DNA of 64,000 nt from an uncultured delta proteobacterium (GTDB lineage Bacteria > Myxococcota > Myxococcia > SLRQ01): NCBI GenBank assembly GCA_963727485.1, contig CAVSGM010000002.1, positions 256,001-320,000 on the forward strand, written 5' to 3'. Positions 20,828-31,726 of the stretch are shown here, piece by piece. Each line of letters opens with the position of its first letter. The first letter of the stretch is position 1. The position numbers and the translations under genes were made by a program. The notes beneath the pieces were generated by a model. The model did no database searches. It was not told where the DNA came from and saw nothing but the letters and a program-made list of their open reading frames with translations.

Positions 20828-22024
20828 ATGACCTTCTACGAGGCAGCACTCGAAGTTCTCCGGCGCGAGGGCGCGCCACTTCATTTCCAGCGGATCACCG
20901 AGCTGGCCCTCGACGACAACCTCCTGTCCCACGTGGGCCGGATGCCCGAGGCCATCATGCAGGCGCGCCTGGCGGCCATGGCCCGGCGGGCCGAGGACCG
21001 GCAGGTGGTGGTCGTCGAGCCCGGGGTCTTCGCCCTGACCGACTGGGGCGTCGCGCACGATGACGCCGCCGCCGCCGAGACCGCGCCGAGGCCCCCGGAG
21101 GCCGGGACGCCGCTGCGGCGCAACGAGCGGACCCCGATCACCCTCCAGGACGCCAAGGCGGTCCGCGACGCCGAGCGCAACGGCAAGTTCGAGGCCGAGG
21201 ACCGCGAGGCCCGGCAGCGGGGCCGCAGGCGCCGCTACCAGCCGAAGGGCGACGCCTCCCCGGTGGAGGTCCTCGAGGGTCTCCTCTCCGAGGTGGGCGG
21301 CGGGCCCATCGACCTCACCTACCTGGTCGACGCCGCCGACGCCCACGACGACCTCCCCGAGGGCAGCCCCGCCGACCTCGAGGCCTTCCGGTCCGTGGCC
21401 GAGCAGGAGAACGTCCGCCGGGTGGAGGAGGGTGGGGTGCCCCGCTTCCTCCTCGAGGGCGACCGCATCGACCGGATCCCCGAGCCCGCCGGCGAGGAGC
21501 CCGCTCCGTCCGCCGAGGCCGTCCGCCCCCGGCGCCGCCCCGAGGCCGTCTCCGGCGTCGCCAAGGCCCTGGTCCAGGCCCTCGGTGGCCTGAAGCCCGC
21601 CGGCGTCGAGGCCCTGGCCCTCGCCCTCGGCGAGCACTTCGGGCTCACCGACGTGAAGGTCGCCAAGCGCTCGGCCAAGGGCAGCCCCCTGTTCACCGGC
21701 TTCGTTCGCCCCGGGGTGGGGCAGCTCCGGGTGGCGGTGCGGGTCCTGGTCCGGGGCCGCGACGTCCGCCCCGACGACGTCGACGAGGTCCGCGCCGACC
21801 TCGACCACTACAGCGCCGCCGGTGGGGTCATCGTCACCACCGGACGCGCCGACCGCCAGGCCCGCTCCCGGGTCGAGGACATGTCCCAGAAGCCCGTGGC
21901 GGTCCTCGACGGCGAGGCCCTGGCCCGGCTCTGCATCCGCGCCGGCATCGGGGTGCGGGTCCACCTCGAGGAGGCCCTCGAGGCCGACCCCGCGTCCCTC
22001 AAGGCCTTCGGAACCCGCAAGTGA
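20828..22024 (+). CDS. HARE-HTH winged-helix protein with C-terminal Mrr-like domain
   Basis: MTFYEAALEVLRREGAPLHF..PGVFALTDW; C-terminal GVIVTTG..A..LDGEALARL. Confidence 0.8.
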   Translation: MTFYEAALEVLRREGAPLHFQRITELALDDNLLSHVGRMPEAIMQARLAAMARRAEDRQVVVVEPGVFALTDWGVAHDDAAAAETAPRPPEAGTPLRRNERTPITLQDAKAVRDAERNGKFEAEDREARQRGRRRRYQPKGDASPVEVLEGLLSEVGGGPIDLTYLVDAADAHDDLPEGSPADLEAFRSVAEQENVRRVEEGGVPRFLLEGDRIDRIPEPAGEEPAPSAEAVRPRRRPEAVSGVAKALVQALGGLKPAGVEALALALGEHFGLTDVKVAKRSAKGSPLFTGFVRPGVGQLRVAVRVLVRGRDVRPDDVDEVRADLDHYSAAGGVIVTTGRADRQARSRVEDMSQKPVAVLDGEALARLCIRAGIGVRVHLEEALEADPASLKAFGTRK

Positions 22025-22521
22025 CCCGCGCCGGGCTGGTCCTCGCCTGCGGCCTGGTCGCCTTCGCCGGGGCCTGTCACCGGTCGCCGGCGGCGCGCCA
22101 GGGTGATCGGAACGCGCCTCTGGTGAAGCAGGCCATCACCGGAGGGGCCGCGGCCCGGAAGGCGGCCCTGGGCAGGCTCGCCGGCCGCCGGGACCCGGAC
22201 CTGGTCCCCGACCTCGCCGCCCATCTCACCGACGAGGATCCCGACCACGTGGTCCGGGCCATCCACGCCCTGGTGGCCGTGGACGATCCCCGGGCGGTGC
22301 CGCCCCTCATCGATCTCTCGCGCCTCACCGACCCGAGCTTCACCCCGGTGGTCCTCGCGGCCATCGGCCACCTCGGGGGCCGGGAGGCCCGGGCGTACCT
22401 GTTCACCGTGGAGACCGGTGGCCGGACCGCCGGGGTCCGGGCCGCGGCCCGGGACGCCCGGAAGGCCCTGGAGGCCCGCCTCTCGGCCCGGGCCGCCGCC
22501 GACACCGACCGCGGAGGGTGA
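22021..22521 (+). CDS. HEAT-repeat lipoprotein
   Basis: Lipobox FAGAC, LTDEDPDHVVRAIHAL, DPRAVPPLI; GTGA overlap. Confidence 0.75.
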   Translation: MTRAGLVLACGLVAFAGACHRSPAARQGDRNAPLVKQAITGGAAARKAALGRLAGRRDPDLVPDLAAHLTDEDPDHVVRAIHALVAVDDPRAVPPLIDLSRLTDPSFTPVVLAAIGHLGGREARAYLFTVETGGRTAGVRAAARDARKALEARLSARAAADTDRGG

Positions 22522-22522
22522 C

Positions 22523-23140
22523 ATGACCCGCACGCCCCGCCTCGCCGCCGCCGTCCTGGTCCTGGCCCTCGCCGGCTGCGCCCACGCGCCGCCCCCGAAG
22601 CCAGAGCCCCCGCCGCCGCCCGTCGGCCTCGAGGTCCGCCCCTACTTCCCCCTGGCCGTGGGGAACACCTGGACCTACCAGGGCCACCTCCTGGGCGAGT
22701 CCGTCCGGCACACCGTGACCCTCGTCGCCCACCGGGACGGATGGTTCGTGGACAGCGAGGGGCAGCGCTACCGCCTCGACGGCCGGGGTCTCCGGGCGCC
22801 CCTGCGCTACCTCATCCAGGGGCCGCTGGCCCAGGGCCACACCTGGAAGGCGGTGGTGAGCATCTCCAGCACCGAGCACTACGAGATCACCGACACCGGG
22901 ATCCCCGCCTACGTCCCCGCCGGCCACTTCCAGGGGTGCCTCAAGGTCCTGGCCCGGAACCGTCACGACGCCCGGCGGACCCTGTTCATGGAGAGCACCT
23001 ACTGCCCGAAGGTGGGCCTGGTCCACCTGCGCACCTGGATGGACGTCGCCGACAAGGGCCGGGTGCCCCAGAGTGAGCTGATGCTGGTGCGCTACCACCT
23101 GGTGACGCCGGCGGCGGGGGCCCAGGGGCAAGGCCGGTGA
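22523..23140 (+). CDS. Lipoprotein of unknown function
   Basis: LAGC lipobox; YFPLAVGNTWTY, VPAGHFQGCL, YCPKVGLV. Confidence 0.78.
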   Translation: MTRTPRLAAAVLVLALAGCAHAPPPKPEPPPPPVGLEVRPYFPLAVGNTWTYQGHLLGESVRHTVTLVAHRDGWFVDSEGQRYRLDGRGLRAPLRYLIQGPLAQGHTWKAVVSISSTEHYEITDTGIPAYVPAGHFQGCLKVLARNRHDARRTLFMESTYCPKVGLVHLRTWMDVADKGRVPQSELMLVRYHLVTPAAGAQGQGR

Positions 23141-24474
23141 CGGCGCCCCGGGAGATCCCCGTCGGCCTCCTGGGCTTTGGCAACGTGGGCACCGGGGTCC
23201 TCCGGATCCTCGAGACCCACGCCGAGGCCATCGCCAGCCGCCTCGGCGCCCAGGTCGCGGTCCGACGGGTCGCCGTCCGGGACCCGTCCAAGCCCCGGGA
23301 CGTCGACCTCCCCGAGGGGGCGCGCCTGTGCACCGCCGAGGAGCTCCTCGCCGACCCGGAGATCGCCATCGTGGTCGAGGTCATGGGCGGCCTGGAGCCG
23401 GCGCGCACGCACGTCCTGAAGGCCCTCGAGGCGGGCAAGCACGTGGTCACCGCCAACAAGAGCCTGCTGGCCACCCACGGCGACGAGATCTTCGCCCTGG
23501 CCTCCAAGCAGGGCCTCGACGTCTTCTACGAGGCCGCCGTCGGCGGCGGCATCCCGGTGATCCGCACCCTCCGGGAGGCCCTGGCCTCGGACCGGGTCCA
23601 GGCGGTCTGCGGCATCGTCAACGGGACCACCAACTTCATCCTGAGCGAGATCGCCGCCACCGGCCGGGCCTTCGAGACGGTCCTCGCCGAGGCCCAGGCC
23701 CGGGGCTACGCCGAGGCCGATCCCACCATGGACGTGGACGGCCACGACGCCGCCCAGAAGCTCTCGCTGCTGGCCGCCATCGCCTTCGGGATCCGGGTCG
23801 CCCCCGGCGAGGTCCACGTCGAGGGCATCCGCGAGCTGACCCCCGTCGACCTCGCGGCGGCGGCGGAGTTCGGCTACGTGGTCAAGCTCCTGGCCATCGG
23901 CCGACGCCATGACGACGGGGCGGTGGAGCTGCGGGTCCACCCGACCCTCATCCCCGAGGCCTCGCTCCTCGCCAACGTCGGCGGCGCCTTCAACGCGGTG
24001 CTGGTCACCTCCGACTCCCTGGGCCCCTCACTCCTCTACGGCCAGGGCGCCGGGAGCCTCCCCACCGGCTCGGCGGTGGTCGCCGACGTCATCGACTCCG
24101 CCCGGAGCGTGCTCCTGGGCACCACCGGCCGCATCCCCCACCGGGCCACCCGGGACGCCTTCATCCAGGACCTCCGGCCCCGGCCCATGGGCGAGATCGC
24201 CTGCGCCCACTACCTCCGGTTCACCGTCCGCGACGAGCCCGGGGTCCTGGGGCGCATCGCCTCCATGCTCGGCGACTACGACATCAGCATCGCCTCCCTG
24301 GTCCAGAAGGAGCGCCCGGCGCAGGGCGGCGACCCGGTGGCGGTGGTGGTCATGACCCACGAGGCCCTCGAGGCCTCGGTGGCCGGCGCCGTGGAGACCA
24401 TCGACCGCCTGCCCTTCGTCCAGGCCCCGACGCGCCACCTGCGCATCGAGACCGAGCCCCCGGTGATCGCCTGA
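23137..24474 (+). CDS. hom: Homoserine dehydrogenase with ACT domain
   Basis: [47 protein letters not shown]. Confidence 0.96.
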   Translation: MTAPREIPVGLLGFGNVGTGVLRILETHAEAIASRLGAQVAVRRVAVRDPSKPRDVDLPEGARLCTAEELLADPEIAIVVEVMGGLEPARTHVLKALEAGKHVVTANKSLLATHGDEIFALASKQGLDVFYEAAVGGGIPVIRTLREALASDRVQAVCGIVNGTTNFILSEIAATGRAFETVLAEAQARGYAEADPTMDVDGHDAAQKLSLLAAIAFGIRVAPGEVHVEGIRELTPVDLAAAAEFGYVVKLLAIGRRHDDGAVELRVHPTLIPEASLLANVGGAFNAVLVTSDSLGPSLLYGQGAGSLPTGSAVVADVIDSARSVLLGTTGRIPHRATRDAFIQDLRPRPMGEIACAHYLRFTVRDEPGVLGRIASMLGDYDISIASLVQKERPAQGGDPVAVVVMTHEALEASVAGAVETIDRLPFVQAPTRHLRIETEPPVIA

Positions 24475-24878
24475 TGGTCCCCTGCCGGCTCCGGGTCATC
24501 TACGGCGACACCGACCAGATGGGGGTCGTGTACTACGCCAACTACCTCCGGTTCTTCGAGGCGGGCCGCAACGAGCTGTGCCGGGCCTGCGACATCCCCT
24601 ACCGGGAGCTCGAGGTCCGCGGCTTCCTGCTCCCGGTGACCGAGGTCAGTGCCCGGTACCGGCGCCCGGCCCGGTACGACGACCTGGTGGTGGTGGAGAC
24701 CCACCTCGGCCGCATCGGCCGCGCCCAGCTCCGCTTCGAGTACGCGGTGCGCCGGGAGGCCGACGGGGAGCTGCTCTGCACCGGACACACCGTCCACGCC
24801 TGCCTCGGCGAGGGGGGCCGGCCCACCCGCCTGCCCCGGGATCTCGTCGAGCGCCTCAAGAAGACCCTCGAGCCCTGA
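24474..24878 (+). CDS. YbgC/FadM-family acyl-CoA thioesterase
   Basis: [26 protein letters not shown]. Confidence 0.9.
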   Translation: MVPCRLRVIYGDTDQMGVVYYANYLRFFEAGRNELCRACDIPYRELEVRGFLLPVTEVSARYRRPARYDDLVVVETHLGRIGRAQLRFEYAVRREADGELLCTGHTVHACLGEGGRPTRLPRDLVERLKKTLEP

Positions 24879-24889
24879 AGGGGGACGTC

Positions 24890-25853
24890 ATGGATCGCAA
24901 CCTCGCTCTCGAAGTCGTCCGCGTCACCGAGGCCGCCGCCCTGAGCTCGGCCCGCCTCATGGGCCGGGGCGACAAGGACGGCGCCGACGGCGCGGCGGTG
25001 GAGGCCATGCGCAAGGCCTTCGACACCGTCCACATCCGCGGCGAGGTGGTCATCGGCGAGGGCGAGCTCGACGAGGCGCCGATGCTCTACATCGGCGAGA
25101 AGGTCGGCGCCGGCGACGAGGCCGAGGATCCGGCGGTGGACATCGCCGTGGACCCCCTCGAGGGGACCAACCTCTGCGCCACCGGCGGCCCCAACGCCAT
25201 CAGCGTGGTGGCCATGGCCGAGGCCGGGTGCCTGCTCCGGGCCCCGGACACCTACATGGAGAAGATCGCCGTGGGGCCGGCGGCCCGGGGCGTCATCGAC
25301 CTCTCGCTCAGCCCCACGGACAACCTCCGCCGGGTCGCCGACGCCAAGAGCGTCTACATCGACGACCTCACCGTCTGCATCCTCGACCGGGAGCGCCACG
25401 CGGATCTTCATCAAGGAGGTCCGGGAGGCCGGGGCGCGGATCAAGCTCATCGGCGACGGGGACGTCGCCGGGGCCATCGCCACCTGCTTCGACGACTCGG
25501 GGGTGGACGTGCTCATGGGCAGCGGCGGCGCCCCGGAGGGGGTCATCGCCGCCGCGGCGATCAAGTGCGTCCGCGGGGACTTCCAGTGCCGGCTCCTCCC
25601 CCACGACGAGGAGACCCGGGTCCGCGCCGAGGCCATGGGGGTCGAGGACAAGATCTACCGCATCGACGAGGTGGCCCAGGGAGAGGTGATGTTCGCCGCC
25701 ACCGGGATCACCAACGGGGACTTCCTGAAGGGCGTCCGCTACTTCGCCGGCGGGGCCCGGACCCGATTGGTGGTGATGCGGAGCAAGTCGGGGACCACCC
25801 GGTTCATCGAGTCGATCCACCACTTCGACCGGAAGCCGAACTACGGCTGGTAG
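24890..25853 (+). CDS. glpX: Class II fructose-1,6-bisphosphatase (frameshift ~25407)
   Basis: [38 protein letters not shown] in the next frame. Confidence 0.94.
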
Positions 25854-25883
25854 GCCGGGGAGGGGACCTTGCCCGGTAGGGCT

Positions 25884-25911
25884 TTGACGTCCCCGGATGC
25901 GGCGTTAGCTT
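25884..25911 (+). promoter_or_regulatory. Putative sigma70-type promoter
   Basis: TTGACG-16 bp-TAGCTT. Confidence 0.35.
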
Positions 25912-26199
25912 GCAGATGTGACGATTTTCGTCCCAACTCTGCAAAGGCTTTCATACCCGGTGACCGGGAACCCCCCCGTGAAGAATCTGCATTCGCCGGG
26001 GCAGGCCCGGGAACGGGCCGGAGACGCCCCCGTGATTCCAGTGGGTTGCGCGGTGCTCGGCGAGAAAGTGGACCGGCCGACCCGGAATCGCGCATCCTTC
26101 TTGCAGATCGAATAACCTGAAGACCGGAGCCGTCGATCGGGGTACCAGCAGGGAAGATCAGGGCGGGCGGCTCGAAACGAAGCGCATCCTGGAGGCCGG

Positions 26200-26388
26200 A
26201 TGCTCGACACATTCATCATCGAAGAGATCAAGCGCCAGGAGCAGTCGAAGCGCCGGGAGCGCGAGGAACGTGAGCGCCCCCGGGTTCCGCTCCACATCCC
26301 CGAGGACGATTATCCCCGCCCGACCCGCCAGGGGGGCGAGGACAATCTGCCCGACCGGGGCGTGATCATCATCGACTACTCCATCTGA
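26200..26388 (+). CDS. Small charged protein (62 aa)
   Basis: GGAGG RBS; GC3-biased codons; MLDTFIIEEIKRQE..RGVIIIDYSI. Confidence 0.7.
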   Translation: MLDTFIIEEIKRQEQSKRREREERERPRVPLHIPEDDYPRPTRQGGEDNLPDRGVIIIDYSI

Positions 26389-26402
26389 ATCAGGAGCAGC
26401 GA

Positions 26403-26425
26403 CCGGCGGCACCCGGTGCCGCCGG
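26403..26425 (+). terminator. Perfect 10-bp hairpin after the small ORF
   Basis: CCGGCGGCAC-ccg-GTGCCGCCGG; no U tract. Confidence 0.4.
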
Positions 26426-26525
26426 CGACTCCGTTTCGGGGCGCTTCGGCCAGGCCGGGGCGCCCCGTTCGCGTTGAAGGAGGGCCCGAGGGGTGGGCGC
26501 GACGGCGCGCCGGGCACCAGGGGGA

Positions 26526-28317
26526 ATGTCCGAACGCAGTGCACAGGGGCGGCGCGAGGCCGTCTACCACCTGGCCCTGGGCCTCCTCGCCTGGGGTGTC
26601 CTCGTCGCCGCGGCCCTGGGGGCCGTCCCCGGCGTGCGCCCCCAGGCCGTGCCGCTCCTCGACGTCCTGCCCTTCCTGGTCTTCGGCCTCGCCGCCCGGT
26701 TCCTGGCCTTTCGCCTCTACGCCGGCGTGAGCGTCAGCGTCGACTCGGCCTTCTACATCGCCGCGGTCCTGACCCTCGGGACCCTCCCGGCGGCGCTGCT
26801 GGCCACCGCGAGCATCACCGTCGACGCGGCCTGGCGCCTGTGGCGCACCCTGGTCCGGGGTGGGGACGGGGGGCTCGGCCGGGCGCTGGCCTTCCTGGTG
26901 TTCCGGGGGGCGGTCCCCGGGGCGCTCCTGGTCTTCGCCGGGGCCGTCTTCGGGGTCGACCGGGCGGCCTTCACCCCCCACGCCGGGCAGGTGGCCACGG
27001 TGCTGTGGCTGGTCCCGGCCCTCTCCCTGACCCTCCTGGTCCCCCACTACCTGGCCCTGGGGGTGGGGCTGTGGTTCGAGGGACACGAATCCGCGGACGG
27101 TCGCCCGGCGGGTGTTCCTCCCGGCCCTGGGCGAGGAGATGCTCCTCATCCCCCTCTCGATGGTGGTGGTCCTGGTCTACGACCCGGGCCAGCCCTTCCT
27201 CTTCCTGCTCCTGGGCTTCGTCTTCGTCCTGGTGAACGTGGTGGTGAAGCTCCTCTCCGAGGCGCTCGCCCGCCACGAGCACCGGGTGGTGGAGCTCGAG
27301 GTCCTCGGCGAGGTGGGGCGGACCATCGTCGCCAACCTCGACCTCGCCGAGCTCCTGCCCCAGATCGCCCGGGAGACCATCAAGCTGGTGGGCGGCGCCA
27401 GCCAGTGCATGGTGGTGCTCCGGGACGACCCCGAGGGGGAGCTCGACCTCCAGGTCTTCGACGCCGAGGGGAAGCGGGTCCTCCAGGAGCCCCTGGGCCG
27501 GGGCGAGGGGCTCACCGGTGAGGTGATGCGCGGGGGCGAGACCCTCCGGGTCGCCGACCTCCAGGCCCGGTGGCGCGACTACGGGATCCCCGACGTCTAC
27601 AACGACCCGGCAATCCACTCGTGGATGGGGACGCCGCTGTCGGTCCACGACGAGGTCATCGGGGTGCTCAACGTCCAGGCGGAGGCCCCCGGGGCCTACA
27701 GCGCCGAGCAGGCCCGGGTCTTCGAGACCATCGCCGCCCAGGCCGCGGTGGCGATCCAGAACGCCCGGCTCTACGCCCTGGCCACCGTCGACGGCCTCAC
27801 CGGCCTCTACGTCCGCCGCTACTTCGACCTCCGCCTCCGGGACGAGGTCCGCCTCGCCGCCCGCTACGGGAGCGAGTTCTCGGTCCTGATGCTGGATATC
27901 GACGACTTCAAGGACCTCAACGACGCCCATGGCCACCAGGCCGGAGACCGGGTGCTGGCGGAGGTGGCGGAGGTGGTGCGCCAGACGGTGCGAGCCAGCG
28001 ACATCCCCTGCCGCTACGGCGGCGAGGAGTTCACGGTGATCATGCCCAGGACCCCGGTGGCCGAGGCGCTCGGGGTCGCCGAGCGCGTCCGCGCCGGGGT
28101 GGCCGCCCACCGGGTCGCCTTTGACGGGGCCGAGCTCGGGGTCACGGTCTCGGTGGGGGTGGCCGGGTTCGCCGCCGGGGCCCGGACGGTGGCCGACGTG
28201 GTCCGCCGGGCCGACGAGGCCCTCTACCGGGCCAAGGCGGCGGGGAAGAACCGGGTCGCCCGGGACGGGGTCGAGGCGCCGGACGAGGTCGAGGCGGCGG
28301 GTCTGTCCCCGGCCTGA
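26526..28317 (+). CDS. Membrane-bound GAF-GGDEF diguanylate cyclase (frameshift ~27088)
   Basis: Multi-TM N-terminus, GAF (GEGLTG, PL..VIGVL, AIQNARLY), DIDDFK.LND.HGH, RASD I-site, GGEEF. Confidence 0.9.
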
Positions 28318-28350
28318 GCGGGGTGCCGGACGATGACCCGCGCGCGCGGC

Positions 28351-29693
<1,343 letters not shown>

Positions 29694-29776
29694 GGGGGCG
29701 CGCACCGCTTCCTACCTGCGGCGCCCGAGTCGACCATAAGTTTGCGGGACCCTGGAGGCTGTGCGACCCTCGGCCC

Positions 29777-31680
29777 ATGGTGGTCACGAGGTCCATTAGC
29801 GCCGCCCTGGTCCTCGCCATGGCCCTCACGGCGTCCCCCCGGGCGGCCCGGGCGGCGGCGCCGGCCGACGATGGCTACGGCGCCGTCCGCGACGCCTACC
29901 TCGCCCTCGAGGGCAACCCCGAGAAGCAGAAGTACCGGGACAACTACCTGAAATCCTCGACGGGTTCGAGGGCTTCGTGAAGGCCCACCCGGACGACCCC
30001 CGGGCCCCCGACGCCCTCTACAACGCCGGGCGCCTCGCCTGGGACCTCTACCGGGTCTCGCGGGTAGCGGCCGACCTCGACCGGGCCGTGGGGCTCCTCG
30101 AGCGCCTCGCCGGGCAGTACCCCAAGGACAACCTCGCCGACGACGGCCTCTTCCTCGTCGGGCGCATCCGCCTCGAGCATGGGGACGAGGCCGGGGCGGC
30201 CAAGGCGTTCACCGCCGTGGTCGACCGGTTCCCCGGGGGGGACATGGCGGGGAAGGCCCGGGAGATGCTCGGCCGCCTCTCGCCGGCGGCCCGGGCAGCG
30301 GGGAAGGCCGAGGCCCCCCGCGTCGCGTCGGCCGTGGAGAAGCCCAACGCCGACGACGCGGCGGCCAGCGCCGAGCCCCAGGCGGCCAGCGCGAAGCCCC
30401 AGACGGCCCCCCCGGCGCCGGTGCCCGCCGGTCCCGCCCGGGTCACCGCGGTCTCCGCCCGGGACGCCGGTGACTTCACCCGGGTCACCATCGCCCTCAC
30501 CGGGCCGGTGAAGTGGAAGGAGGGCACGGTCCGCGCCGACCCGGCCCACCACCGTCCCCGGCGGGTCTACCTCGATATCGCCCCGGCGATCCTGGCGAAG
30601 GGTGCCCCGGCGAGCGTGAAGGTCCCCGGCCCCCGTCTCGCCCGGGTGCGGACCGGCCAGTTCGCCGAGCACACCGTCCGGGTGGTCCTCGACCTCGGCC
30701 CTCGGCGCGGCCTCCAGGTCTACCCCATGGCCGGCAGCGGCGCCCTGGTCATCGACGTGACCCGGGGCAGCAACCGGCAGGCCCCGGTGGCCCGGACCGG
30801 CACCACCGCCCAGGCGACGCCCCCCCGAACGACCCCGCCCCCCCGGAAGACCCCGACCCTCACCGCCATGGTCCCCCGGGCGCGCCCGGCCCCGGCGGAG
30901 CCGGACCAGAAGCGCCTGCGGCAGATGGCCGCGGTGCTCAAGCACAAGAGCGCGGTGCCGCTGGCGGTGCAGGCGGGCCTCAAGATCCGCCGGGTGGTCG
31001 TGGACGCCGGCCACGGAGGCAAGGACGACGGCGCGGTGGGCCCCCACGGCCTCAAGGAGAAGGACGTCGCCCTCTCCATCGCCAAGATGCTGGGCCAGCG
31101 CCTCAAGCACTACGGCCTCGAGGTCATCTACACCCGCACCGACGACCGGTTCGTGCCCCTCGAGGAGCGAACCGACATCGCCAACGCCAAGGGCGCCGAC
31201 CTCTTCATCTCCATCCACTGCAACGCCTCGACCAGCCGGGCGCGCCACGGGATCGCCACCTACTACCTGAACGTCACCAGCAACCGCTACGAGATGCGGC
31301 TGGCCGCGCGAGAGAACGCCACCAGCAAGAAGTCGGTCTCCGACCTGCGCCTCATCCTCGCGGACCTGGCGACCCAGGCCGACACCGACGAGTCGGTGCG
31401 CCTCGCCACCCAGATCCAGTCCCACACCGTGGGCGACCTGCGCCACCACTACCGGGGCGTCCACGACCGCGGGGTGAAGAACGCGCTGTTCTACGTGCTC
31501 CTCGGCGCCCGGATGCCCTCGGTGCTGGTGGAGACCAGCTTCATCTCCAACCCCCGGGAGGCGCGGCGCCTCCACTCCCACCGCTACCGGGAGCGGGTGG
31601 CCCAGGGGATCTTCGACGGCATCAAGGCCTTCCTCCGGGACCGCCGGGCGGTGGCCCTCGGCGCCCACGACGCCCACTGA
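29777..31680 (+). CDS. N-acetylmuramoyl-L-alanine amidase with TPR-like and AMIN domains (frameshift ~29953)
   Basis: Signal peptide, YPKDNLADD helical repeat, VRTGQF..VRVVLDL, DAGHGGKD, EKD, FISIHCNA, LVETSFISN. Confidence 0.9.
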
Positions 31681-31726
31681 GCCGGGGCCGTGGCAGGCTC
31701 GGCCCCCCTGGGCTAGGTTCTGGCCC

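Noticed and set aside
20828..22024. Active restriction or anti-phage locus
   Set aside because: The catalytic motif looks lost and the neighbours are housekeeping genes, not defence or mobile genes.
26091..26105. Definite sigma54 promoter
   Set aside because: The invariant -24 GG is CG, so it is mentioned only as imperfect.
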